Program-made: the position numbers and the translations under genes
Source: a virus
Taxonomy: Duplodnaviria; Caudoviricetes
Length of the DNA: 64,000 bases
Reading direction: 5' to 3' (one strand)
IMG/VR virus record: IMGVR_UViG_3300037781_000006
Location: 1-64,000 of that record
Notes under the pieces: model-generated
What the model was told of the DNA's origin: nothing
The model's database searches: none
What the model saw: the letters and a program-made list of their open reading frames with translations, nothing else
Shown: positions 43,610-52,982 of the stretch, in pieces
Position numbering within the stretch: position 1 is the stretch's first letter
Layout: every line of letters starts with the position of its first letter

Positions 43610-43999
43610 ATGGATCTGTACAACGCATCCATGGGGAACGAAGAAGAGTCCCCAATCGAACTCACCCTCGAACAATACGAAGAAGCCAAAGCGCATTACG
43701 GCACGATCATCGAACGTGCTGATGCTGCCCGTCGTCTGGCCGACAATGACGACTTCAAGGCTCTCGTGATGTCTGGGTATCTCACCGACGAACCCCAACG
43801 ACTGGCAGAACTCATTGCCTCTGGTCGGCTGAATGAGAAAGTCCGTGAAGACTGTTCTCGTCAGTTGGTTTCCATCGGTGACTTCCGTGGCTACATGAAG
43901 AACATCATCGAACAGGGTCAGATGGCCCGTGATGAACTGGCCTCGCTGGAAGAAGCTCGTGACGAAGCAATCAAGAATGAAGAAGCGGCAGCCGGGTAA
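43610..43999 (+). CDS. N4 gp58-like protein
   Basis: Synteny between portal and gp57; helical. Confidence 0.75.
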   Translation: MDLYNASMGNEEESPIELTLEQYEEAKAHYGTIIERADAARRLADNDDFKALVMSGYLTDEPQRLAELIASGRLNEKVREDCSRQLVSIGDFRGYMKNIIEQGQMARDELASLEEARDEAIKNEEAAAG

Positions 44000-44045
44000 T
44001 CCCGGCTTTCGCCATTTCCCCTAAGCCCAATGATGGAGAAGAATC

Positions 44046-45416
44046 ATGGCTGATACCCCCAAGACCCGAAGCGATTTCGAGAACATGAGTGATGAGGACT
44101 TTCTCGCACTGGATCCTGAAGACTATTCCGGAGATGTTCCGGAAGGAGAAACTTCACTGACCAGCGAGGAAGACGATCATGCAGTACAAGGTTCGAACGA
44201 CCCGGAAGACGGAAACCAAGAAGAAGGCAATGATGGCGACGATCCTGACGGGTCTGACACATCTGCTGACGGTGGTGAGTCTGGCGAGTCCGACGATGGT
44301 TCTGCTTCCGGCTCCGATGACGAAGGCGAAGAAGGTTCGGAAGGTTCCGAAAACCAAGCTGACCCCATGGCCGGTGAAGGAACGGACACTTCCGGAGAGG
44401 AAGATCCGTCGAAAGGTGAGCAATCCGAAGCAGACGCCGGGGAAGAAGGGAAGACTCCCGATGCCGAAACCGGAGACGGAAAAGATCTGAAGGGGAAGGA
44501 AACCCCAGCGAAAGCTGGGTACTACAAGCTCCCCGACGGCATGGACACTGCTCAGGTGGATGCTGCTCTTGGTTTCTATTCCAAGATCACTGCTCCGTTC
44601 AAAGCTGACGGTCGGGACTTCACTGTCCGGTCTCCGGAAGACGCCATTCGTCTCATGCAGCAAGGCGTGAACTACTCTCGCCGGATGCAAGAGATCAAGC
44701 CGATGAAGCAACTGAATCGGATGCTTTCGGACCAAGGTCTGGACGATCCGAACAAGCTGAACTTCCTCATCGACTTGGCGAAAGGCGACAAGGGTGCGAT
44801 CACACAGTTGCTGAAAAGCCACAAAATCGACCCGATGGACCTTGATCCGGAAAATCATTCGGGTTATCAGGCCAATAACTACGCTGGGAACCCCCAGTCG
44901 AACGAGTTTCGAGAAGCACTGGATGTGGCTGTAGCATCTCCCGAAGGGGCAGCACTGGTCACTCACATCCACGAATCTTGGGATGACGTTTCGAAGCGGA
45001 AACTTCGTGAAAACCCCGGTATTCTGGGCAATTTGACCGAAATGAAAGCAGCGGGGGTTTACGACAAGGTAGTCGAGGAGTTGAACTACCAACGCTCGAT
45101 TGGCTACTTGCAAGGGATTCCATTCCTGCAAGCCTTCGATCAAGTCGGAGAAGCCATGAAGAACGCTGGAGTGTTCAATCAACCTCAACCGAATCCCTCG
45201 CAAGGTGGTTCTATGGCTCCGCTTCAGTCGGGCCAACCTCAGAATCAGCCAGTTGCACAGGGGGCGAGGAAGCAGACGGGTACGAAGAAGCCTGTTGCCA
45301 ATCCACATCTTTCTTCGACACCTCCCTCGAAGCAGACCGGGAACACGACCCCGAAAGAACCTGACTTCGATAAAATGTCGGATGAGGAATTCCTGAAGAT
45401 GGCTCCTCCCGAGTGA
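44046..45416 (+). CDS. N4 gp57-like acidic protein (often called tape measure; probably scaffold)
   Basis: Very acidic N-terminal third; LMQQGVNYSRRMQ motif; directly upstream of the major capsid gene. Confidence 0.8.
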   Translation: MADTPKTRSDFENMSDEDFLALDPEDYSGDVPEGETSLTSEEDDHAVQGSNDPEDGNQEEGNDGDDPDGSDTSADGGESGESDDGSASGSDDEGEEGSEGSENQADPMAGEGTDTSGEEDPSKGEQSEADAGEEGKTPDAETGDGKDLKGKETPAKAGYYKLPDGMDTAQVDAALGFYSKITAPFKADGRDFTVRSPEDAIRLMQQGVNYSRRMQEIKPMKQLNRMLSDQGLDDPNKLNFLIDLAKGDKGAITQLLKSHKIDPMDLDPENHSGYQANNYAGNPQSNEFREALDVAVASPEGAALVTHIHESWDDVSKRKLRENPGILGNLTEMKAAGVYDKVVEELNYQRSIGYLQGIPFLQAFDQVGEAMKNAGVFNQPQPNPSQGGSMAPLQSGQPQNQPVAQGARKQTGTKKPVANPHLSSTPPSKQTGNTTPKEPDFDKMSDEEFLKMAPPE

Positions 45417-45444
45417 AACTCTGAGACACTGAAAGGAACACACC

Positions 45445-46887
45445 ATGGCTCAGATCTACAATGCACCCGAGGTCAACAAGGCTGGCAACCAGTCGTCTGT
45501 TGGTCCTCAGTTCAACACCCACTACTGGGATCGCAAATCGCTGATCGACGCCGCCGAAGAGATGTATTTCTCGCCGCTGGCTGATGCGAAGTCCATGCCG
45601 AAGCACTACGGCAAAGAACTGCGCGTGTACTACTACGTGCCGCTTCTGGACGAACTGAACGTCAACGACCAAGGCATCGACGCCAATGGTGTGGCCCGTG
45701 TCCCCGGCACGTTCACTGTGACGTTCCCCAACCCGCTGACTGTCGCCAACGCTGGCTCGGCTGCTGCCGTGACTGCGATCAACGACAACGTGAACTCGGC
45801 CACTGGCACGGCAGAAACGGTTGCGACCGATGCTGCTGACGACACTGGTGGTACTGGTCTGACCCTCATCGGCATGACCGACTACGTGGTTCACTACGCG
45901 AACGAAACCGATGCTGACGCTGCCATCACTGCGGCTGGCGCTGGTGTGAAGATGGAGAACGCTGGTTCTCTGTACGGTGGTTCGCGTGACGTGGGTACGA
46001 TCCTCGGCAAGATGCCGACCCTGACGGAACAAGGTGGTCGCGTGAACCGCGTCGGCTTCACCCGTCTGGAGCGGAAGGGTGAAATCCAAGAGCACGGTTT
46101 CTTCATGGAATGGACCGAAGACTCGCTGATGTTCGACACCGACTCGGATCTCTACGGCCACCTGAGCCGTGAGATGCTGCGTGGTGCGAACGAGATCTAC
46201 GAAGATCTGCTTCAGGCTGACCTCCTGTCGGCTGCTGACGTGAAGATCTTCCCCGGTGCCGCAACTGCGGTGGCGGAGATCTCTGGTGAGTCTGGCTCTG
46301 TCACGGCCCTCGATGTCGGTGATCTGAAGCGTCTGAGCGTCATCCTCGATGACAACCGCACGCCGAAGAAGACCCGCATCATCAAGGGTTCGCGGATGAC
46401 CGACACTCGCGTCATCTCGGCCTCGCGCATCGCTTACATCGGTTCCGAACTCCAGATCATGATCAGTGACTGGGCTGACTTCGTGCCCGTTGAGAAGTAT
46501 GCGGATGCTGCGACGATCATGAACGGTGAGATCGGTGCGATTCCGACTGCTCACCTCCGGATCATCGTGGTTCCGCAGATGATGCGCTGGCAGGGTGTCG
46601 GTGCTGCTGAGTCGAGCAATGGTGGCTACCAAGCCACTGGTGGTCGCTACGACGTGGCTCCGCTGCTGGTCATCGGTGACGAAGCGTTCGCAACCATCGG
46701 CCTTCAGGGCATGGGCGGAAAGGGCAAGTCCAAGTTCCGCATCATCGTCAAGAAGCCGGGTGAGAAGACCGCTGACCGGACTGACCCCTACGGCAAGATC
46801 GGGTTCTCCTCGATCAAGTTCTTCTACGGCTTCATCAAGCTGCGTGGGGAACGGATGGCCGTGGCCTACAGCCCCATCCCTGAGTAA
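45445..46887 (+). CDS. Major capsid protein (N4 gp56-like) with ~85-aa insertion
   Basis: MPKHYGK, NDQGIDA, PTLTEQGGRVNRVGFTR, DPYGKIGFSSIKFFYG; strongly biased codon use. Confidence 0.94.
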   Translation: MAQIYNAPEVNKAGNQSSVGPQFNTHYWDRKSLIDAAEEMYFSPLADAKSMPKHYGKELRVYYYVPLLDELNVNDQGIDANGVARVPGTFTVTFPNPLTVANAGSAAAVTAINDNVNSATGTAETVATDAADDTGGTGLTLIGMTDYVVHYANETDADAAITAAGAGVKMENAGSLYGGSRDVGTILGKMPTLTEQGGRVNRVGFTRLERKGEIQEHGFFMEWTEDSLMFDTDSDLYGHLSREMLRGANEIYEDLLQADLLSAADVKIFPGAATAVAEISGESGSVTALDVGDLKRLSVILDDNRTPKKTRIIKGSRMTDTRVISASRIAYIGSELQIMISDWADFVPVEKYADAATIMNGEIGAIPTAHLRIIVVPQMMRWQGVGAAESSNGGYQATGGRYDVAPLLVIGDEAFATIGLQGMGGKGKSKFRIIVKKPGEKTADRTDPYGKIGFSSIKFFYGFIKLRGERMAVAYSPIPE

Positions 46888-46909
46888 TCTCAGGCACATA
46901 CCACTGATT

Positions 46910-46932
46910 GAGGCACCTTCGGGTGCCTCTTT
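46910..46932 (+). terminator. Intrinsic terminator after the major capsid gene
   Basis: GAGGCACC-TTCG-GGTGCCTC followed by TTTCATTT. Confidence 0.85.
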
Positions 46933-47000
46933 CATTTCTTGCTCTGGTTTTTAGGCTGTGTTAAGCGACACGCACCATGGTAACTCAAAGGATCAACCCA

Positions 47001-47726
47001 ATGGATGATATCTCCAACAAAACCACCGAAGAGCTTCTGGAAATCGTGGACAACACGGATGACAAGGAAGTGCTCCGGTACATCGCCAATGAACTCGAAG
47101 TCTCGTTCTCCGGCAACACGGGTGTAGGAACTCTGAAGGAGAAGATTCTCCCCGTCCTTCTGGAACGACAAGCTGCTGAAAACGAACCCAGCACCGAAGT
47201 CGATGAAGACCTGATGGGAGCACTGACGAACAAGACCACGACAGAGACTGCCGAAGTCCTGAAGAAGAAGTCCGTCATGGATCTTCCCCGGACTGCTCAG
47301 GCTCTGCTGAATCCCCACACTCCCGGACTGACCCATGCTGAACAGCGTGCCATCGTTCGTGCGAAGGCAATGCGTCTTCATCGTGTGCGGATCACGAATC
47401 TCGACCCGAACGATGCAGCCCTGCCGGGTGCCATCAAGACCGTCTACAACAAGTTCTGTGGCAAGGTCTCGAAGTACATCCCCTTCGGTGAAGAGAACGA
47501 ACTGGGCTACCACGTCCCCGAGATCCTTCTCAACTCGATGCGTGAAGAACGCTATCCGATGCGGAAGGAGATCAAGCAGCGTGGTCAGAGCTTCGGTGTG
47601 AAGCAGTACAAGACCGTGCTGATGCCTCGTTTCGCCATCGAAGAACTTCCTCCGCTGTCGAAGGAAGAAGTCGAATCGCTGGCCAAAGACCAGAAGGCTC
47701 GTGGAGCCGTGGACGCTCACGACTAA
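47001..47726 (+). CDS. N4 gp55-like protein (start reassigned to MDDIS)
   Basis: SD AAGGA; RVRITNLDPN, KYIPFG, LPPLSKEE motifs; synteny. Confidence 0.8.
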   Translation: MDDISNKTTEELLEIVDNTDDKEVLRYIANELEVSFSGNTGVGTLKEKILPVLLERQAAENEPSTEVDEDLMGALTNKTTTETAEVLKKKSVMDLPRTAQALLNPHTPGLTHAEQRAIVRAKAMRLHRVRITNLDPNDAALPGAIKTVYNKFCGKVSKYIPFGEENELGYHVPEILLNSMREERYPMRKEIKQRGQSFGVKQYKTVLMPRFAIEELPPLSKEEVESLAKDQKARGAVDAHD

Positions 47727-47765
47727 ACCCGCTATATCGGGTGAGAAAGCAAGGAGATCGGTGCA

Positions 47766-49118
47766 ATGAGCAATACCTTCGAAAACACTGACAACTCGTC
47801 CACGTTGGCGAATGGTCTGTTCACTGCACTTACGGCGGGGGTTACGATCCCCGCCTCTCCTGACTTCAGTGATTCCAAGTATGATTTCACTGCGGATCCA
47901 ACATCTGATCTCTACAAAGACATCGTTGGAGCCACCGTTTCAGAGGTGACGGCTGGTGAAGGCACTCTGGAAGGTCCGGGTGCTTTTGACGTGTTCATGA
48001 CTGCCATGGACAAACACCTCGAACGAGAATTCAAAGGCAATCGCATCACTGGTTCACAGTACGCAGAGGTCTATACCGCTGTGGCAAACCAAGTGATGGG
48101 ACAGGCCGTCTCCTTCACTCTCCAGAAGGACCAAGCGAAATGGGCTGCCGTCACCGCACAGATGCAGGCCCGTATCACTGAGATTCAGGCAACTCAGGCT
48201 CTGGTGGAGCTTGAACGAGCCAAGATCGAAGCTGCGAATGCGAACTTCCAACTGAACCTGACTGCTGCTCAGTATGGTTTGACGAAGATGCAGATCGCCA
48301 CCGAAGAAGCAAAGCATGACTCTGTGACTGCTGATGTGGCCATCAAGCAATTCCAGCGGAACTACCAGCAACCGGCTGATCTTTCTGTCACGCACTACGA
48401 GCGTACTGCTGTGATGCCTTCCACTGTGGCCATGAATGAGATGCAGACGGATCGGATCCTTCCTGCACAGGCTGCGATTGCTGAGTACCAGAACCAAGTG
48501 CTTCAGCCTCTGGAAGCTGATCTTCAGAAGCTGCAACGGGATCGTATCGTTCCTGTGGCTGCTGATATCGAAGAGTTCCGTCGTGACAACATGCTGCCTG
48601 TGGAACTGGCACAGCAACAGCACATCCTGAACCAACGTCAGCCTGCTGAAACCAAGCTGGTGGAAGAACAGGTCGAGACGCAACGTGCCAACACTCTGGA
48701 CACTCGTCAGGATGGTCTCACTCCGATCTCTGGTGTCATCGGTCTCCAGAAACGGAACCTCGTCTCTGATGCAGACATCAAGGACTACAACCTTGGGAAC
48801 ACGCTGCCTCGTCAGGTCGAGTTGGTTGGTGAACAGATCAAGCTCACCGAAGAACAGACCGAAGCAGAACGGGCCAAGACTCTGGATACCCGGAGCGATG
48901 GTGCGACTGTCGAAGGTTCTGTTGGGAAGCAGAAAGATCTCTACGATCAGCAGATCGACTCGTTCATCAAGGATGCACAGCACAAGACTGCGAAGATGTA
49001 TCTGGACTCGTGGATCACTCGGAAAACTCTGGATATCGGTGTTCCGGTTCCGGCTGAGTTCTCTGAAGCCAATGTCTCCAGCGTCTTTGGGAACGTGAAG
49101 ACGAACAACAACCTGTAA
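47766..49118 (+). CDS. N4 gp54-like tail protein with internal ~15-16 aa repeats
   Basis: GAFDVFMTAMDKHLEREF..NRITGSQYA, GSVGKQKDLYDQQIDSF. Confidence 0.8.
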   Translation: MSNTFENTDNSSTLANGLFTALTAGVTIPASPDFSDSKYDFTADPTSDLYKDIVGATVSEVTAGEGTLEGPGAFDVFMTAMDKHLEREFKGNRITGSQYAEVYTAVANQVMGQAVSFTLQKDQAKWAAVTAQMQARITEIQATQALVELERAKIEAANANFQLNLTAAQYGLTKMQIATEEAKHDSVTADVAIKQFQRNYQQPADLSVTHYERTAVMPSTVAMNEMQTDRILPAQAAIAEYQNQVLQPLEADLQKLQRDRIVPVAADIEEFRRDNMLPVELAQQQHILNQRQPAETKLVEEQVETQRANTLDTRQDGLTPISGVIGLQKRNLVSDADIKDYNLGNTLPRQVELVGEQIKLTEEQTEAERAKTLDTRSDGATVEGSVGKQKDLYDQQIDSFIKDAQHKTAKMYLDSWITRKTLDIGVPVPAEFSEANVSSVFGNVKTNNNL

Positions 49119-49130
49119 GGAGACTACCAT

Positions 49131-51857
49131 ATGGGTCTGTTCTCCTCGAAGAAGATCATCACCGTCTCCAGTACCTTGTACAACATGGCTGGGGACGAGG
49201 ATGATCGCCCAGACTTTCTGAAGGGCACGATGTTCGGTGCAGTGATGGCGGATGCTCCATCTCTGGCCGATGAAATCACTGGTGCTTACTTCAATGGTCC
49301 GGGACAGAAACAGCTTCAGTTCTTCCGATACTGTCAGCAGGTGGATTACTCCATCATGCCGACGGCTTCTATCGTCAACTCTGCTTCTGTGGATGCCACA
49401 GTGGTGGCTGGAGAGATCCCTCTGACTTCTGTTCCTCCTGCTCCTGCTGGTTTGGAGATCGCAGTCTTTGAAGCGTTCGTGAGTGATGGTGATTTCGAAC
49501 CATGGATTGAGAAGTACATTCTTGCCAACATGCCTGAACGGATGGGTGAAGAATACCTTGGGGAATACGAACCCAACACTGACGAGTTCTCAATCGAGTT
49601 CCCGAACAATGACTTCTTCTCGTTTGCGAACGATGGAACCTATGGTCCTATCTTCAATTCCGGAAACCGATACATCATCGCAAAGTACATCGAGTTTTCG
49701 GAAAGTTCTGAAGGGGATCTGGTTGAAGGAACTCCGGTCACAGTGAACACTCTTCCGGATGTCACTGACTTCGATCTGCAATCGAATACTCCGGGTTTTG
49801 CTCCTGCGACTCTTCAGCGGACTCGAACGACGACGTACAGCTACAACAACGGTGATCCGGATGAGATCATTGAAGATGCAGTGGATGCTGACGTTGCTGT
49901 GGAATTGAACCGTGATGTGGATGTCTACCAGCGAGAAGTGACGGTTGCTCAGAATGGTTTGTCTGTCGAAGGTGAACGTCAGACCTATACCTTCACTGGG
50001 GCAGATGCAGTCATTGGTGGGTACTCTGACACCGTGGTGACGACCACAGATATGGGTGGTGGTGTGATCCGTACAGAAACCTCTGTTACCACTGGTGAGC
50101 AGGTGGATGTTCTCTGGGACAGCAAGTACGACACACAGGCTCTCTACATCGGTGAGCAGTATGGTCCTGAGCAGATCTTTATCTATGAGGTGGGGACTGG
50201 GAATGCGACTCTGGATGATTTGGTAGGAGAGGTTGATGCTTCTGGTTTTCAGGAGTTTTTCCCCTTCGTTCCGGTACGAATCAACAACGTATCCATCGAA
50301 GAACCTCAGTATTCGGATCTGCTGGCTGAAAACGAAGCCATCTATCGTCGAGCATTCCCCGGCAAACGATTTGGAGAACTGGTTGAGACTGTCGAGGAAA
50401 ACCCATCCATCGACGACATCGACTATGCGTACCTGTGCTGGGGTGCTTCTCTGAATGCGAAAGACAATTCAGCGAAGATCTATGCCTATGACTTCTTCAA
50501 GAAGATGATCCCATTCCAGAATTCTGGTTCTGGTTCAGCCATGTCTGATCATGAGGCTCGAATTGCTGCCTATGATCAAGCTGTGGCAGATCTTGCTGCA
50601 TGGGAAGCTCAGTACGGAGACAATGACGGGAACGGGTTCAACTTCAATTTTGGAGAGATTCCTCCTCGTCCTGTGGTTCCTTCTTTGGCTCCTCCTCCGA
50701 CGACAACCATCAAGCTGAAAGACAGCAGCATTGGTATCGACTACCGTCTGACATGGGTTCACATCGAAGAAGAGCAGTTCACTGGGACGTTCGAAGTCGT
50801 CACTGGGATTCAGTCGAAGATCAAAGACTGCAAGATGGAAGTCGGTCCTGATGTGAATTGGGAAACCAAGCAATCCTTCAATGACAGGGAAGATTGGGAC
50901 TGGAACCGTGTGAATCAGAACTCGATTCCGTCGATGAAGATCTATCGTCAGATCGACGAGAACACATATCGAGTGCTGACAATCTGGGGACTGGTTTCTC
51001 AGAACTACATCTATGGTGGTAAGGCAGTAACGATCACTTCCAAGCAAGCTCTTCAGGACGATGAAGAGTCTGGTTTCTTGGTTCCGCTGCACTACCCGAC
51101 CATGCTCGAAATGAACATCATCGACTACACTCAACTGTGTACGTCAAACTCTCACATCCTTTTCAACTCGTATGAGGTGACGAAACAGAAATGGTGGCAA
51201 CGAGGGATCTTCAAGATCCTTCTGGTCATCGCAATCATCATCGTAGCAGTAGTGGTGTTTCCGGGTGCATTCGCAGCCGGGGGCGGGATTCTGGGAGGGA
51301 ATCTGGCCATTGGCACTGCTCTGGGCCTCACAGGTACAGCCGCCATTGTGGCGGGCGTTGTGGCCAACTACATCGCGTCGATCATCATCGCAGAGGTGCT
51401 CAAGATCGTTGGCACTGAACTGTTTGGTGAGAAGTGGGGTGCTCTCTTTGCAGCACTGGCCACCTTCGCCATCGGTATGGCCATCTCTGGTACATCTCTC
51501 TTCAGTGCAGAGGGTCTTCTTGGTTTGGGGAATGCTCTGGCAAACGGCTATGCTGGCTGGGTGCAGGGTGACATTGCCGAGATGCAAGCTGATCTGGAAG
51601 ATGACCGAAGTGAGTATGAGGATCGTATGGAGTACATTCAGAATCTCATCGACGATCTGGACGGTGAAAGTAATTTGAATTTCAATCCGATGTCCCTTAC
51701 AAGGGCCAAAGAACGTGGCAATTCTCGTGGATACCTCCCGGAAACCGCAGAACAGTACATCCGTCGAACCACAATGACGGGCACGCAGATCGTAGAACTC
51801 ACCCATGACATGGTGTATGAATACGTGACCATCGCCCGTACACTGCCGAGGAATTGA
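49131..51857 (+). CDS. N4 gp53-like structural protein with hydrophobic C-terminal region
   Basis: MGLFSSKKIITVSSTLYNMAG N-terminus; FLVPLHYP; hydrophobic stretch after KWWQRG. Confidence 0.8.
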   Translation: MGLFSSKKIITVSSTLYNMAGDEDDRPDFLKGTMFGAVMADAPSLADEITGAYFNGPGQKQLQFFRYCQQVDYSIMPTASIVNSASVDATVVAGEIPLTSVPPAPAGLEIAVFEAFVSDGDFEPWIEKYILANMPERMGEEYLGEYEPNTDEFSIEFPNNDFFSFANDGTYGPIFNSGNRYIIAKYIEFSESSEGDLVEGTPVTVNTLPDVTDFDLQSNTPGFAPATLQRTRTTTYSYNNGDPDEIIEDAVDADVAVELNRDVDVYQREVTVAQNGLSVEGERQTYTFTGADAVIGGYSDTVVTTTDMGGGVIRTETSVTTGEQVDVLWDSKYDTQALYIGEQYGPEQIFIYEVGTGNATLDDLVGEVDASGFQEFFPFVPVRINNVSIEEPQYSDLLAENEAIYRRAFPGKRFGELVETVEENPSIDDIDYAYLCWGASLNAKDNSAKIYAYDFFKKMIPFQNSGSGSAMSDHEARIAAYDQAVADLAAWEAQYGDNDGNGFNFNFGEIPPRPVVPSLAPPPTTTIKLKDSSIGIDYRLTWVHIEEEQFTGTFEVVTGIQSKIKDCKMEVGPDVNWETKQSFNDREDWDWNRVNQNSIPSMKIYRQIDENTYRVLTIWGLVSQNYIYGGKAVTITSKQALQDDEESGFLVPLHYPTMLEMNIIDYTQLCTSNSHILFNSYEVTKQKWWQRGIFKILLVIAIIIVAVVVFPGAFAAGGGILGGNLAIGTALGLTGTAAIVAGVVANYIASIIIAEVLKIVGTELFGEKWGALFAALATFAIGMAISGTSLFSAEGLLGLGNALANGYAGWVQGDIAEMQADLEDDRSEYEDRMEYIQNLIDDLDGESNLNFNPMSLTRAKERGNSRGYLPETAEQYIRRTTMTGTQIVELTHDMVYEYVTIARTLPRN

Positions 51858-52306
51858 CCATGCAATTCAACAACTACAACAACGCGACGACCAACGGTGC
51901 TCAACTGAACACCACTCAGATGGGTATGAACCAAGTGGCAACTGGTGGTGCTCCCATGGGACAAGTGGGTGGCGCTGGAATCTCTGATGTCACAGTTCAG
52001 TCTCCCCAAGTCCCACAAGTCGGTGGGATGCAAGGACAGCAAGGATCCGGCTTCTTCTCTCCGCAGGGTGGTGCTGGTCTGATTCTGGGTGGGATTCAGG
52101 TTCTGGGGAACCTGTGGTCCAGCTTCCAAGCTCACAAGATGGCAAAGGAACAGATGGCCTTTGCTCGTGAGCAGTGGGACACAAACCTCGCAAACCAGAC
52201 TCAAACCTACAACACCGCTCTGGAAGATCGGATCCGTGGTCGGTATGCGACTGGGACACGCTCTGAAGAACAGCTTCAGGGTGAGATCGACCAGCACAGC
52301 CTGTAA
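51854..52306 (+). CDS. N4 gp52-like ejection protein
   Basis: 150 aa, no Cys; AKEQMAFAREQWDTNLANQTQTYNTALEDR; synteny. Confidence 0.75.
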   Translation: MTMQFNNYNNATTNGAQLNTTQMGMNQVATGGAPMGQVGGAGISDVTVQSPQVPQVGGMQGQQGSGFFSPQGGAGLILGGIQVLGNLWSSFQAHKMAKEQMAFAREQWDTNLANQTQTYNTALEDRIRGRYATGTRSEEQLQGEIDQHSL

Positions 52307-52316
52307 GGAATAGATC

Positions 52317-52979
52317 ATGGCATATGGACCCGGATGGAAATCCCTACAGGTTGCAAACCCCAACGTGAGTGGACTGATGTCTCTCACCCAAGAGGGGTTC
52401 AACAACGCTGGGGAAGCAGGACAGAATGTTCTAGCAAACTACGACGCAGGACAGAAGCTCAAGAATGATGCTGCTGTCGCTCAGGAACTGGCTGGGATCG
52501 AAACCCCGGAACAGTTGGATGCGTGGTTGAAACAGGGTGGTCTGAACGGACGAAACGTCTCTGGAGCCTCCATCGAAGCCATGATGGGACACCAACAGCG
52601 TGTTCGAGCGGCTGCTGCTGCACTGGCCTCAGAAGAACGGGCTGCTGCTCGTTCTGCAAGCTCTGGTGCATCCCGTTCTCGCTCTGGCGCTTCTCGGAGT
52701 CGTTCTGGTTCAGGGACTGGAACCACGACTGAAGAGGGTGTTTCGACTGATGCTCTGCTTCGTCTGGCTCTGGGTGAACCTGCTACGGCTCCTGCACCTG
52801 TTGCTGGGGAAACCACTGCTGTGGTTCGTCCTCAAGCTCGACCGACACAAACTGCACCTGTACCGTCTGGACCTGCTCCGTTCGTTCCGGGAGCAACATC
52901 TACGGCTGATTCTCCGGACCTCACCAGTCTGAGTGATGCAGATCTTGCGGCTGAAATCGCTGCACTCCAAGGAGGTTGA
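52317..52979 (+). CDS. Ejection protein, N-terminal part of the gp51-position locus
   Basis: No Cys; Ala/Ser/Pro-rich; in the same frame as the next ORF. Confidence 0.7.
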   Translation: MAYGPGWKSLQVANPNVSGLMSLTQEGFNNAGEAGQNVLANYDAGQKLKNDAAVAQELAGIETPEQLDAWLKQGGLNGRNVSGASIEAMMGHQQRVRAAAAALASEERAAARSASSGASRSRSGASRSRSGSGTGTTTEEGVSTDALLRLALGEPATAPAPVAGETTAVVRPQARPTQTAPVPSGPAPFVPGATSTADSPDLTSLSDADLAAEIAALQGG

Positions 52980-52982
52980 ACC

